Positions 19,298 through 27,612 of a stretch of 45,524 nt of DNA are shown here, piece by piece. Made by a program: the position numbers and the translations under genes. Below the pieces are notes generated by a model. It was not told the DNA's origin. It made no database searches and was given only the letters and a program-made list of their open reading frames with translations. The stretch spans positions 71,795 through 117,318 of the forward strand of contig CAZMNA010000002.1 of NCBI GenBank assembly GCA_964567555.1. Reading direction: 5' to 3'. Position 1 is the first letter of the stretch. Each line of letters starts with the position of its first letter. This DNA comes from an uncultured Candidatus Saccharibacteria bacterium. Lineage in GTDB: Bacteria; Patescibacteriota; Saccharimonadia; Saccharimonadales; UBA10212.

Positions 19298-19298
19298 T

Positions 19299-20951
19299 TT
19301 ACACTTGCTCCGGCGCATCTATGTTAAGTAAACCAAGCCCGTGCTTTAAAACATCTGCGTAGGCACCAACCAGTTTTAGCCGGGTAGCTTCCCGCTCATT
19401 GCCAATCACACGATTCTTCTCATAAAAGCGGTTAAAGGCTTGGGCTAGCTCGTACAAATAAGTGCAGACGTGTGAGGGCAATAGCTCCCCAGTGGCTTGG
19501 GCTACCACATCTGGATATTCACTGATTTTGCGCGCTAAAGCGCGTTCATCGGACTCTAAATTATCAATCTTCCCGGCTTTGACGTCACCAGCTTTTTTCA
19601 AGATACTTTTGGCCCGCGCATGAGCATACTGCAAATACGGCCCGGAGTTGCCTTCTAAACTGACCGATTCCGCTGGATTGTAGACCATGTCAGCGCCTAT
19701 ACGATTTTTTAAAAAGCTGTATTTCACTGCGCCTAGAGCTACTGTAAAGTTTTCTTTTTGGTTGATCTTTTTGTTAGCTGTATCGGCCATATCCAACACT
19801 GCTTCGGCGCTTACTATATTGCCCTTGCGGCTACTCATCTTTACACCGCCGGGCATTTTTACCAATCCATGGCTGACGTGCGTAGTCTTCTTTACCAGCT
19901 CCGGGGCAAATTGTTCGACTGCTTTTAGTACAACCTGCATATATTCGTAAATTTCGTTGCCGGTAATTACCACCGATTGGTCAAAATGATAATCCTCCCA
20001 CTTTTTTAGCAGTAAGCCTATGTCTTTGGTCTCATAAGTCGGCAGACCCTGACTATTTATAAATACTCGCGTATGCATATTGTGAACTTCGCCCTTAAAC
20101 ACCACTGCGCCCTCTGATTTTTCAAAAACCTTGCCCATGTTTTCTTTAACAGCTTTGAGACCTAGTTCTACTGTTTGACTTTCCGGATAATATTTCTCGA
20201 ATTGAGTTCCAATCTTGGCATAAAACTCGTCAAAATAGTCGTAGCTCCACTGGCGCGTAGTCCAGTATATTTTTGCGAGCGAAGAATTTTTATCATTGTG
20301 TTCGTACAGACTATAAATTTGCTTGTTTAGCGCTTCGATTGTTATTTTAGCCTCAGGTTTCTCGTAAAAATCATTGCCCTCAACGTAACGAGCAGTCATC
20401 CATTGCGCTCTCCCATCTTTTGGAACGTTGCTGAGCTTGTCCGGCAGCTCACCACCAAGGTTTTGGATGATGGCATACATTGTCTTGGCAACGTGTAGCC
20501 CGACATCGCCGCCAAAATTCACCCGATGGACTGTCGCGCCAGCGGATTCTAACAAGTTAGCGATAGCGTCACCCACGATACTCGTATAAAGATGGCCAAC
20601 GTGCAGCACCTTGAAAGGATTAGGATCAGAGTACTCTGCCACTATTTCTTGGTCCTTGAGCGGTTTAGGTATTTTAGTGGCGCCAATTGCAGCTTTGGCA
20701 ATAGCCTCGTCCGGCAACGTTATGTTAATAAAGCCCGGGCCGGCTACTTTGGCGCCGTCAATTTTAACGGCTATAGATTCTGCGATATCGCTAGGCTTTT
20801 TATCCAGTTGCTTGGCGAGCTGCATGGCAACATTGGTAGAAAAATCACCAAACTTCTCGTCCGGCCGGCTAAGCTGTGGCTCTACTTCCTGCCCAAATAA
20901 ATCCCGACAGGCAGACTTGAGTAAATTTTTTATGTCTTGGCTATTCACCAC
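19299..20951 (-). CDS. argS: Arginine--tRNA ligase
   Basis: FGDFSTN, GPGFINI, EYSDPNPFKVLHVGH, GDVG, KMSSRKG, EGNSGPYLQYAHAR. Confidence 0.96.
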   Translation of the reverse strand: MVNSQDIKNLLKSACRDLFGQEVEPQLSRPDEKFGDFSTNVAMQLAKQLDKKPSDIAESIAVKIDGAKVAGPGFINITLPDEAIAKAAIGATKIPKPLKDQEIVAEYSDPNPFKVLHVGHLYTSIVGDAIANLLESAGATVHRVNFGGDVGLHVAKTMYAIIQNLGGELPDKLSNVPKDGRAQWMTARYVEGNDFYEKPEAKITIEALNKQIYSLYEHNDKNSSLAKIYWTTRQWSYDYFDEFYAKIGTQFEKYYPESQTVELGLKAVKENMGKVFEKSEGAVVFKGEVHNMHTRVFINSQGLPTYETKDIGLLLKKWEDYHFDQSVVITGNEIYEYMQVVLKAVEQFAPELVKKTTHVSHGLVKMPGGVKMSSRKGNIVSAEAVLDMADTANKKINQKENFTVALGAVKYSFLKNRIGADMVYNPAESVSLEGNSGPYLQYAHARAKSILKKAGDVKAGKIDNLESDERALARKISEYPDVVAQATGELLPSHVCTYLYELAQAFNRFYEKNRVIGNEREATRLKLVGAYADVLKHGLGLLNIDAPEQV

Positions 20952-20965
20952 TTAATAATAAGCTT

Positions 20966-21628
20966 TTATGACGTGCTTTTAAAACCGCCGGCTAGCCGCC
21001 AGACAGCAAAATAACCAACGCTTAGGGTCACAAAAAATAGGCTGGTCATGTTTATGGCGCTGGGGTGGCCAAGCGGATCAATAATGCGGTCTGAAACGTT
21101 TAGAATCAGCCCGCCAGGGTTAGATAGCGCATCCCAACTGTTCCAGCGCAGTATGCGACCTAAATAAATGGCAAAGCTGACAGTTAAAATTATTGCCTCT
21201 ACCAGCTGGTATGCCCGGGCCGGCTTAAAGCGCCTGAGCAGCTGCCGGTGCACTAAAAGCAGGCTCCTAAAACCGAGCAAAAACCCCGTCATAGTTAAAA
21301 CGCCAAGCAGTACCGCATCAAAAACAACGGATATTTCACCCGTGGGGTAAAGATGAATAAAGTCCGTAATAACATACCAGGTATTGGGCAAGAAGAAGAT
21401 CCAAACGATGGTGAGTAAGATATTTTGCCAGGTGCTCCAAAGCTGACGGGCTAACCTTTGCGTCAACCACCAGCCGGAGGCATAACCCAGCCAAGCCAAA
21501 GCCAAGTTACCCGGGATGAATCCGTAACGCCAGGTGCCGGCCATAATAAAGCGGACACCAACCAACCCCAGCACCAGCAGGCTTAGAGCAACTGCTGCTT
21601 CTAGGAAGTTTCTCTCCTCTTTTGACAT
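20966..21628 (-). CDS. DUF1361 family membrane protein
   Basis: NLALAW, WIFFLPNTWYVITDFIHL, AIYLGRILRWNSWD. Confidence 0.85.
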   Translation of the reverse strand: MSKEERNFLEAAVALSLLVLGLVGVRFIMAGTWRYGFIPGNLALAWLGYASGWWLTQRLARQLWSTWQNILLTIVWIFFLPNTWYVITDFIHLYPTGEISVVFDAVLLGVLTMTGFLLGFRSLLLVHRQLLRRFKPARAYQLVEAIILTVSFAIYLGRILRWNSWDALSNPGGLILNVSDRIIDPLGHPSAINMTSLFFVTLSVGYFAVWRLAGGFKSTS

Positions 21629-21654
21629 ACCACCAATTATACCAGTCTGGCAAT

Positions 21655-21698
21655 ATCTAAATTTATATATTTACATGTTTAGATGTATGTGTTAAATT
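21655..21698 (+). promoter_or_regulatory. Sigma70-type promoter and inverted repeat (probable ArsR operator)
   Basis: TTTACA (21670-75)-N17-TAAATT (21693-98). Inverted repeat ATCTAAA-N16-TTTAGAT spans the -35. Confidence 0.5.
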
Positions 21699-21704
21699 AA
21701 ACGG

Positions 21705-21977
21705 GTGGGTGATAACAAAGTGATTGATGTTTTAAAAAGTTTGGCCGACCCTACCAGGCTGGCGATAGTACGTAGCCTGGCAACTTGCGAGAGCGGCCAA
21801 AAAAGCTGTAGTGACATTTCCGCCAAAATTAAATTGAGCCAGCCGGCCATGAGCCACCATTTTGGCAAGCTGGTAGATAGCGGCGTGGTTATTGAAGCCA
21901 AAGACGGTACCAAGAAAATTTACCGGCTTAACACCGCCCTGCTGGCAACAGTAGGTATTAACGCCGCTAAATTATAA
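21705..21977 (+). CDS. ArsR/SmtB family transcriptional regulator
   Basis: LKSLADPTRLAIV, LSQPAMSHHF..L..SGVV. Confidence 0.9.
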   Translation: MGDNKVIDVLKSLADPTRLAIVRSLATCESGQKSCSDISAKIKLSQPAMSHHFGKLVDSGVVIEAKDGTKKIYRLNTALLATVGINAAKL

Positions 21978-21986
21978 GGAGAAACT

Positions 21987-22562
21987 ATGAAATTAATGGT
22001 CATTTGGGGAAGTTCCCGCCAGGACCGCCAGGGCGGCGTAGTCGCTGACTGGGTAAAAACGGGTGCTCAAAAAGACGGCCGTTTTGAAGTAGACTTTGTT
22101 GATTTTCAAAAGACTGTTCTACCCTTTTTTGATGAACCCATCAGCCCGTTTTCTATGAAATCAGCCGGTGCGGACTACACTCACCCGGAAGGCAAAGCCT
22201 GGGCCGAGCGAGTAGCCAAGGCGGATGGTTTTATAATTGTTACGCCCGAATATAACCACGGCTATACAGCTGTACTTAAAAACGCCCTGGATTGGGTTGG
22301 GCCTGAATGGGTTGATAAGCCGGTTGGTTTTGTCAGCTACGGCGGCATTTCCGGCGGCGCCCGCGTCGTTGAACAACTGCGGACTGTGACGATTGAACTT
22401 GGCCTGGTGCAAGTCGCCAACCCGATACATTTTGTCTACTTCCCTCGGGAGTTTGACGAACAAGGTAAGCCCAAAGAAGCCGAAAAATATAACGGCCAGC
22501 TAAAAAAGATGTTTGATGAGCTCAACCGCCTGCATGGGCTGTTTAGTAAATCAAGAGCCTAG
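21987..22562 (+). CDS. NADPH-dependent FMN reductase
   Basis: GSSRQDRQG, ADGFIIVTPEYNHGY..VLKNALDW, VSYGGISGG. Confidence 0.9.
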   Translation: MKLMVIWGSSRQDRQGGVVADWVKTGAQKDGRFEVDFVDFQKTVLPFFDEPISPFSMKSAGADYTHPEGKAWAERVAKADGFIIVTPEYNHGYTAVLKNALDWVGPEWVDKPVGFVSYGGISGGARVVEQLRTVTIELGLVQVANPIHFVYFPREFDEQGKPKEAEKYNGQLKKMFDELNRLHGLFSKSRA

Positions 22563-23230
22563 GAAAAGAAGTGCAGCCACTGCGGGCTGTCCACGATATG
22601 CTCCAGCCTAAAGCCTAAGTCTTTAAGCGTACTGTCACGCTGGGCGTCGCTTGAACCCAGCACATTCAAAGCTACATACGGGTCATGTACATTCAGACCG
22701 CAAAAAGCCAGCGTGCCCCAATTAATCGGGTAGAGCATTTGTTCAACGGAGGCTTTGTGCTGTCCGCCAGCCGAATAATACTGGGCCGGGTGGCCGGCCG
22801 ACATTATCATCATTGCCTGCTTACCACGCAGCAGCCCATTTTCATAAAACTTGCCACTGTCCCATGCAAAGCCCATGGCCAGTACCCTATCAAACCAACC
22901 CTTAAGCATGGCCGGCACGCTTGACCACCAAAGCGGTGATATAAAAATTATGACGTCGGCGTTTGTAACCTTTTGCATCTCGCCGGTTATGTCCGGAGAA
23001 AAGGCCATGGACAATCTAGCAGCGTGTTTTTGCTCCATCATGTAATTAAAATGTTCGCCGGATGTAGTTACAAAATCCCATTTTTGGGCAACGGGGCTAA
23101 AGCCTTGGCCATACAGATCAGTAAGCACCACGTTATGGCCCTGGCGGCCTAAAACCTCCAGCACCACGTTCTTCATTGCGGCTGTAAAACTGCTCGGTTC
23201 AAAATGCGAATAAACAATTAAAATATTCAA
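22559..23230 (-). CDS. NAD(P)H-dependent oxidoreductase (flavodoxin-like, quinone reductase family)
   Basis: ILIVYSHFEPSSF, DLY, PLWWSSVPAMLKGWFDRV. Confidence 0.9.
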   Translation of the reverse strand: MNILIVYSHFEPSSFTAAMKNVVLEVLGRQGHNVVLTDLYGQGFSPVAQKWDFVTTSGEHFNYMMEQKHAARLSMAFSPDITGEMQKVTNADVIIFISPLWWSSVPAMLKGWFDRVLAMGFAWDSGKFYENGLLRGKQAMMIMSAGHPAQYYSAGGQHKASVEQMLYPINWGTLAFCGLNVHDPYVALNVLGSSDAQRDSTLKDLGFRLEHIVDSPQWLHFFS

Positions 23231-23283
23231 ACTGCCACCCTCTGGTAATACTAATGATTATTGTAACAGTTTAGGGACCGGTT

Positions 23284-23718
23284 TTAGGCAGCAATCGCGT
23301 GGACCGATTGGTCGTTTAGACGGAAAATCATCTGGCTAATCTTCCAGGTGCCACTTGATGTCTTGACCAAAATATAGTCAACAGAGCCGCGGACCGTCCA
23401 AACATAGCGTTCTCCCCGGTCAGCTACATAATGTTTGTGTTCCACGGACGTGGTAACGCGGGCGCGGCGCGAGCTAAGCATCCGTACACCCAAACGATTA
23501 ATGAAGCGGCGAGTGGCATAAAAGTAACTGCCGATTTCTTTGCGCCAGCTGTCAATCAGTCTTTTGCGCGGCACATTGGCGGGTGTCTCACCGGACAGTG
23601 ATTTATTGTCAACAAATGGGTTCTTTACAAAGTATTCTTCCAATTGCTCCCACTGGCGCAAGTCTTGCAAGCTGGAAACGTGGGTTACGATTTCTTTTAT
23701 TTGCTCTTTGTCTGTCAT
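23284..23718 (-). CDS. SnoaL/NTF2-like domain protein
   Basis: QDLRQWEQL..YF...PFVDNKSLSG...WKIS pattern of SnoaL_4 proteins. Confidence 0.65.
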   Translation of the reverse strand: MTDKEQIKEIVTHVSSLQDLRQWEQLEEYFVKNPFVDNKSLSGETPANVPRKRLIDSWRKEIGSYFYATRRFINRLGVRMLSSRRARVTTSVEHKHYVADRGERYVWTVRGSVDYILVKTSSGTWKISQMIFRLNDQSVHAIAA

Positions 23719-23826
23719 GGGTGCCTCGCTATCACTTGGTTACGCTTTTATAATACCGCGATTTAGCTGAGAAAATCCTAAGAATGTTACTTGTTCTTCC
23801 CTCTCGAGCCTAGGTAGGTACTTAGC

Positions 23827-24579
23827 CTAAACAGGCTTAGCCAACGCCCATTGCTGGAAGAAGTAAGTCCTCAGAGCTTCAATCATAGCTTCGTTATAAA
23901 TAACTACGCCACTTCGCTCTTTGCTCTGTTTAGGATTGCTGGCAGACAGAATAGCTGACGAATTATCGAAAATATTTAAATGGTAGCCTTCGCCGGGTAG
24001 ATGCCTGACCGACACGCCCATGGCTCGCCAACGCTTGATTAGCATATTATTTTCTTTGTCGTTTTTATGAAAAATAAACTTAGGACTGACATCTCTGCCG
24101 ATAGCATTTTCCGTAATTGACCAAATGGATTCTGGCACGGGTTCGCCAATGCTTATCACTAAAAATTCTTGCTCGGCTTCTTTAGCTAGATCAACGAACC
24201 TATCAAACAGTTCTTTCCGCCCAGTTAGCAACTCCATGTTTAGGCGATTAGGATTTTTCTTGATATCTAACTTCCTAACAGCCGACTGACTAGAATCTTT
24301 AATTTTAAGGATTTGCTTGGTTGCCAACTGCTCTATAGCGACACTTGGAGTTACGGCTTGAAACTGCTTTGGAGTGACATCCAATTCTTTTATGAGTCCT
24401 TTGTGCAGAAGGGCGTTGGTTGCCCGGTAAACACTATTAACTATAATGCTCAGCCGTTCGGAGATATTCTTAGCAGTCAAAGCTCCTTCATTGACTAGTA
24501 GCAAATACATTCTGATTTCGTCAGAACTTAGTCCTAGCTCGGATAGATACCCTTTAACAGAGCTTGAAGAGTAGTCCAC
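23827..24579 (-). CDS. TrmB family transcriptional regulator
   Basis: LSELGLSSDEIRMYLLL...LTAKNIS...VYRATNALLHKGLI N-terminal wHTH, plus a C-terminal PLD-like effector region. Confidence 0.8.
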   Translation of the reverse strand: MDYSSSSVKGYLSELGLSSDEIRMYLLLVNEGALTAKNISERLSIIVNSVYRATNALLHKGLIKELDVTPKQFQAVTPSVAIEQLATKQILKIKDSSQSAVRKLDIKKNPNRLNMELLTGRKELFDRFVDLAKEAEQEFLVISIGEPVPESIWSITENAIGRDVSPKFIFHKNDKENNMLIKRWRAMGVSVRHLPGEGYHLNIFDNSSAILSASNPKQSKERSGVVIYNEAMIEALRTYFFQQWALAKPV

Positions 24580-24585
24580 ACGCAG

Positions 24586-24609
24586 ATTTTAGCAAAGTTT
24601 TGCTAAAAT
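24586..24609. promoter_or_regulatory. 11-2-11 palindrome containing divergent extended -10 boxes (probable TrmB operator)
   Basis: ATTTTAGCAAA-GT-TTTGCTAAAAT gives TGcTAAAAT on both strands. Confidence 0.55.
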
Positions 24610-24643
24610 TGCTAATTATCTCATTGCCGAAATATAGTAATTA

Positions 24644-26005
24644 TTGAATAATATGCACACCATGAAGAGACATGAGACCGTAAAAGAAAGTTCAAATTTA
24701 GCTAACTATGAAACCATGCGCTTGCCCGCCATGGACCCTTTAGATGCCTTGGAAACATTGGTCGGAAGTGATCCAAACAGAGACTTTTGGGTATATGGTT
24801 CGGATGATGAAACCATCATGGCGCTTGACCCAATCGGTGAGATTGTTGTTGCTGGGGATCAAATATATTCATCCTGGGCAGGTGAACACCTGGCTCATGA
24901 AACCGCATCTGACCCTTTCGCTCAAGTTGGCCGCCTGCTAAACGAAATGCCAGTAGAAAATTGGCGAGCTTTCGGCCACATATCATTTGATGCAGCTGGT
25001 TACTATTTGCCTTATCCCCTGCAAGCATCCACTCCCGTGATGAGATTCGTTATTCCAAAAACAGAGCTAGTTTTCACTAAGGAAACGACCGATATTCGTA
25101 CTCTCGGCAATCCAGCCCAAATAGCAGAGTCTTTAAGTAAGATTGAGCATTTCTCGCACTCTGAACCGAATGTACCAGCTCCTAGTGAAACGGATCGAAA
25201 AAGCTACGAGCGTGGAGTCGCAGAATTAGTAAAAGATATCCGTGCCGAGCATTTGGCTAAGGTCGTTTTTGCTCGTCACGTGCATTTACCCGGTAGTATA
25301 GATATCTTCTCGACACTTAACTCTATCCGACAACCGAATTCAGCAGCACGGACTTATTGTTTCCATGAAAAAGATTTGACTGGTATAGGGTCAAGCCCCG
25401 AACTTCTGATGCGAACAACTCCCGAAGGATTGATTCAAACAACTCCGCTAGCGGGGACGAGACCGCGGGGCGGAACGCCAGAACGTGATGCGGCTCTACG
25501 CCACGAACTCCAAACTGATCCCAAAGAAGTTATAGAACACATGCTGTCGGTAATACTCGTCCAGAAAGAAGAACTGAAAGGCATTTGCGAGACTGACAGT
25601 GTGTGTATTAAAGATGCGATGCAAGTCAAGCAATTTCGTACCGTCCAACACTTGGCATCTAGGGTGGAGGGGCAGCTCAAGGAGGGCTTAACGCTATGGG
25701 ATGGTCTGAGAGCGCTTTTCCCAGGAGTGACAGTTTCCGGCATTGATAAGCCTACGGCTTTAGAAAAAATTGCCCAGTTCGAAAAAGTGCCGCGCGGGCC
25801 ATACGCTGGTTGCGCAGGCTGGGTAGATTCAAACGGTGCATCTGATCTTACGATTACTCTTCGTTCTGCCTTTGAGGATGAAAATGGTGTTTCTATCAGC
25901 GCAGGGGCTGGCATTATCGCTCAATCGTTCCCCACGCGAGAGTACGATGAAACAGCTCACAAGATGCGGACAATACAATCTCTATTAGTACTGTCGGAAT
26001 CTTAA
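24644..26005 (+). CDS. Chorismate-binding enzyme, salicylate synthase (Irp9/MbtI-like)
   Basis: WRAFGHISFD, KVVFAR, SSPELL, PLAGTR, DPKEVIEHMLSV, VQHLAS, LFPGVTVSGIDK, RGPYAG, LRSAF, AGAGII. The exact start codon is uncertain. Confidence 0.75.
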   Translation: MNNMHTMKRHETVKESSNLANYETMRLPAMDPLDALETLVGSDPNRDFWVYGSDDETIMALDPIGEIVVAGDQIYSSWAGEHLAHETASDPFAQVGRLLNEMPVENWRAFGHISFDAAGYYLPYPLQASTPVMRFVIPKTELVFTKETTDIRTLGNPAQIAESLSKIEHFSHSEPNVPAPSETDRKSYERGVAELVKDIRAEHLAKVVFARHVHLPGSIDIFSTLNSIRQPNSAARTYCFHEKDLTGIGSSPELLMRTTPEGLIQTTPLAGTRPRGGTPERDAALRHELQTDPKEVIEHMLSVILVQKEELKGICETDSVCIKDAMQVKQFRTVQHLASRVEGQLKEGLTLWDGLRALFPGVTVSGIDKPTALEKIAQFEKVPRGPYAGCAGWVDSNGASDLTITLRSAFEDENGVSISAGAGIIAQSFPTREYDETAHKMRTIQSLLVLSES

Positions 26006-26023
26006 AAAGTTCCACTTTCTAAC

Positions 26024-26210
26024 TGGAGGGGGCAGGGATAGCGGCTACGCCTTCTCCGCTGCGGCGTGCTCAGAATAAATTCTTGCGCGCGTCCTCGCTC
26101 CGCCGAACCCTCTGCTCCGCAGCACGGGTTCTCAAGCTCTTAATTCCTGCCAACTTGTTCAGCCGGGCAAGCCCGAACGAACAATTTGGCGGGACAGACG
26201 GGTCTGGAAC
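26024..26210 (-). repeat. tRNA-linked palindromic repeat with two degenerate tRNA 3'-end fragments
   Basis: Minus-strand ATCCCTGCCCCCTCCA (26024-39) and ...ACCCGTCTGTCCCGCCA (26187-26203). 9-bp imperfect inverted repeat at 26031-39/26143-51; internal GAACCC/GGGTTC stem. Confidence 0.6.
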
Positions 26211-26230
26211 TCTACTCGATACTGAGGGAG

Positions 26231-27268
26231 TTATTCTGGCAACAAAGTTTTGCCGGTGTTTACAATCAATACTTTCTTGTCTTTGGGAATTTTTCTTTTT
26301 AGTTGCAAAAGTAATGCAAGCCCCGCGATGCCTGAAGCCTCCGCCTCAACACCTTGTTTTGCGGCCAACTTAAGGGCTTTGTCAATATATTTTTCTTTGA
26401 CTATGTAGACGTCAGATTCTTGGCCGCAGTAGCCGGCTGACTTATAGGACCGTATCCATTGTTCATTGAAATGCACAAACGGCAGGTGGGGCGAATAGAG
26501 TTTGTCAGCCTTGCTGTGTGGGTTATTCGTTGTTGCTCCCATAAAATTACAGTGTTTCAGGACATTTCTATCACCCGAAAACCGGGGGTCATGTTTTGTC
26601 GTTGAGACTTCAACGCGGTTTATGTTGAGAATGTTTTCATATAGGTTCCCAGTGCCGAACGGGATGAAACAATAGTCCGGAGTGCTATTGATAATCTCAT
26701 AGCTCATCCAGTCGTAAAAACGTGTGTTTGGCCCCAACGCTTGATCTGAGGTGATATCGATGCCGCTCGGGTTGCGCGTAAGTGCTAGGATTTCTGTCCA
26801 GTCCAATGGCTTCCTGTTAAGATCCGTTTCGTACACTTCACACCCAATGCGTTCCAGAGAATCCTTAACATTTTTCGATGTTTTGAAATCAATTAATACT
26901 TTTAGAGCTGGAAGCCGATATTTTTTTAGCATGGTTTGAATTGCCATTGCCGCAGACCCCGATGAGATTATTGACATACGGGGCAGTGTGCCCTTTACTT
27001 GTCCGCGCTTCTTTGCTTGCAGAAAGTTCCAGTATGTTACTACAATCTCCCAAGCCATTCGGTCTTTGTGCGTGCCGGTCGGATTTGTGCTTTCATCTTT
27101 GAGCCACACATTCGTAAAGCCGGGCACTTGGATTTGATAGGTGGGAGTAGCTGGAAAGCGGGGATTGTCTGGCGGGAACTCCGGTTTGTTAGGGTCATTC
27201 TCCGATCCAATAACAATAGAGCCCAATATTCTTTGTTCAGATTGCGAAAGTTTTACCACTTTTACCAT
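26231..27268 (-). CDS. PLP-dependent enzyme, fold type II (threonine synthase/cysteine synthase-like)
   Basis: VWLKDESTNPTGTHKDRMA (Schiff-base Lys), SSGSAA, PFGTGN, EASGIAGLA, VLIVNTG. Confidence 0.85.
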   Translation of the reverse strand: MVKVVKLSQSEQRILGSIVIGSENDPNKPEFPPDNPRFPATPTYQIQVPGFTNVWLKDESTNPTGTHKDRMAWEIVVTYWNFLQAKKRGQVKGTLPRMSIISSGSAAMAIQTMLKKYRLPALKVLIDFKTSKNVKDSLERIGCEVYETDLNRKPLDWTEILALTRNPSGIDITSDQALGPNTRFYDWMSYEIINSTPDYCFIPFGTGNLYENILNINRVEVSTTKHDPRFSGDRNVLKHCNFMGATTNNPHSKADKLYSPHLPFVHFNEQWIRSYKSAGYCGQESDVYIVKEKYIDKALKLAAKQGVEAEASGIAGLALLLQLKRKIPKDKKVLIVNTGKTLLPE

Positions 27269-27272
27269 TATA

Positions 27273-27363
27273 TGGCGGAGGGACAGGGATTCGAACCCTG
27301 GATGCCGTTGCCGACAAACCGCCTTTCCAAGGCGGCGCCATAGACCAACTAGGCGACCCCTCC
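27273..27363 (-). tRNA. tRNA-Ser(GGA)
   Basis: GGAGGGG...CCGCC-TTGGAAA-GGCGG, long variable arm, GGTTCGAATCC, encoded CCA. Confidence 0.95.
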
Positions 27364-27612
27364 CTGCCTCAGATATTTTAGCAAAGTTACCCCTGATTTT
27401 TTATCCGCACAGTGCTTTTTGGAAGTTCCGTAATCTGATTGCAGACTGCTTCACTCTGAAAAGATGAGGGACTCTATCCGCTGTAGCCGATTTCGCAACC
27501 TTTTATTTTTGTAAGCATCGCGTGCCAGAGCGTAAACTATGAATATGAGGTGGGGAGGCAAACTTAGATTTATACCCGAAAGAAAGCGCGGGTTCAGCTT
27601 TATTAATACAAA

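Noticed and set aside
27540-27612. c-di-GMP-I riboswitch upstream of the ABC operon
   Set aside because: GGCAAAC and GAAA are present but the GGGACGCAAAGCC core and P2 architecture are missing.
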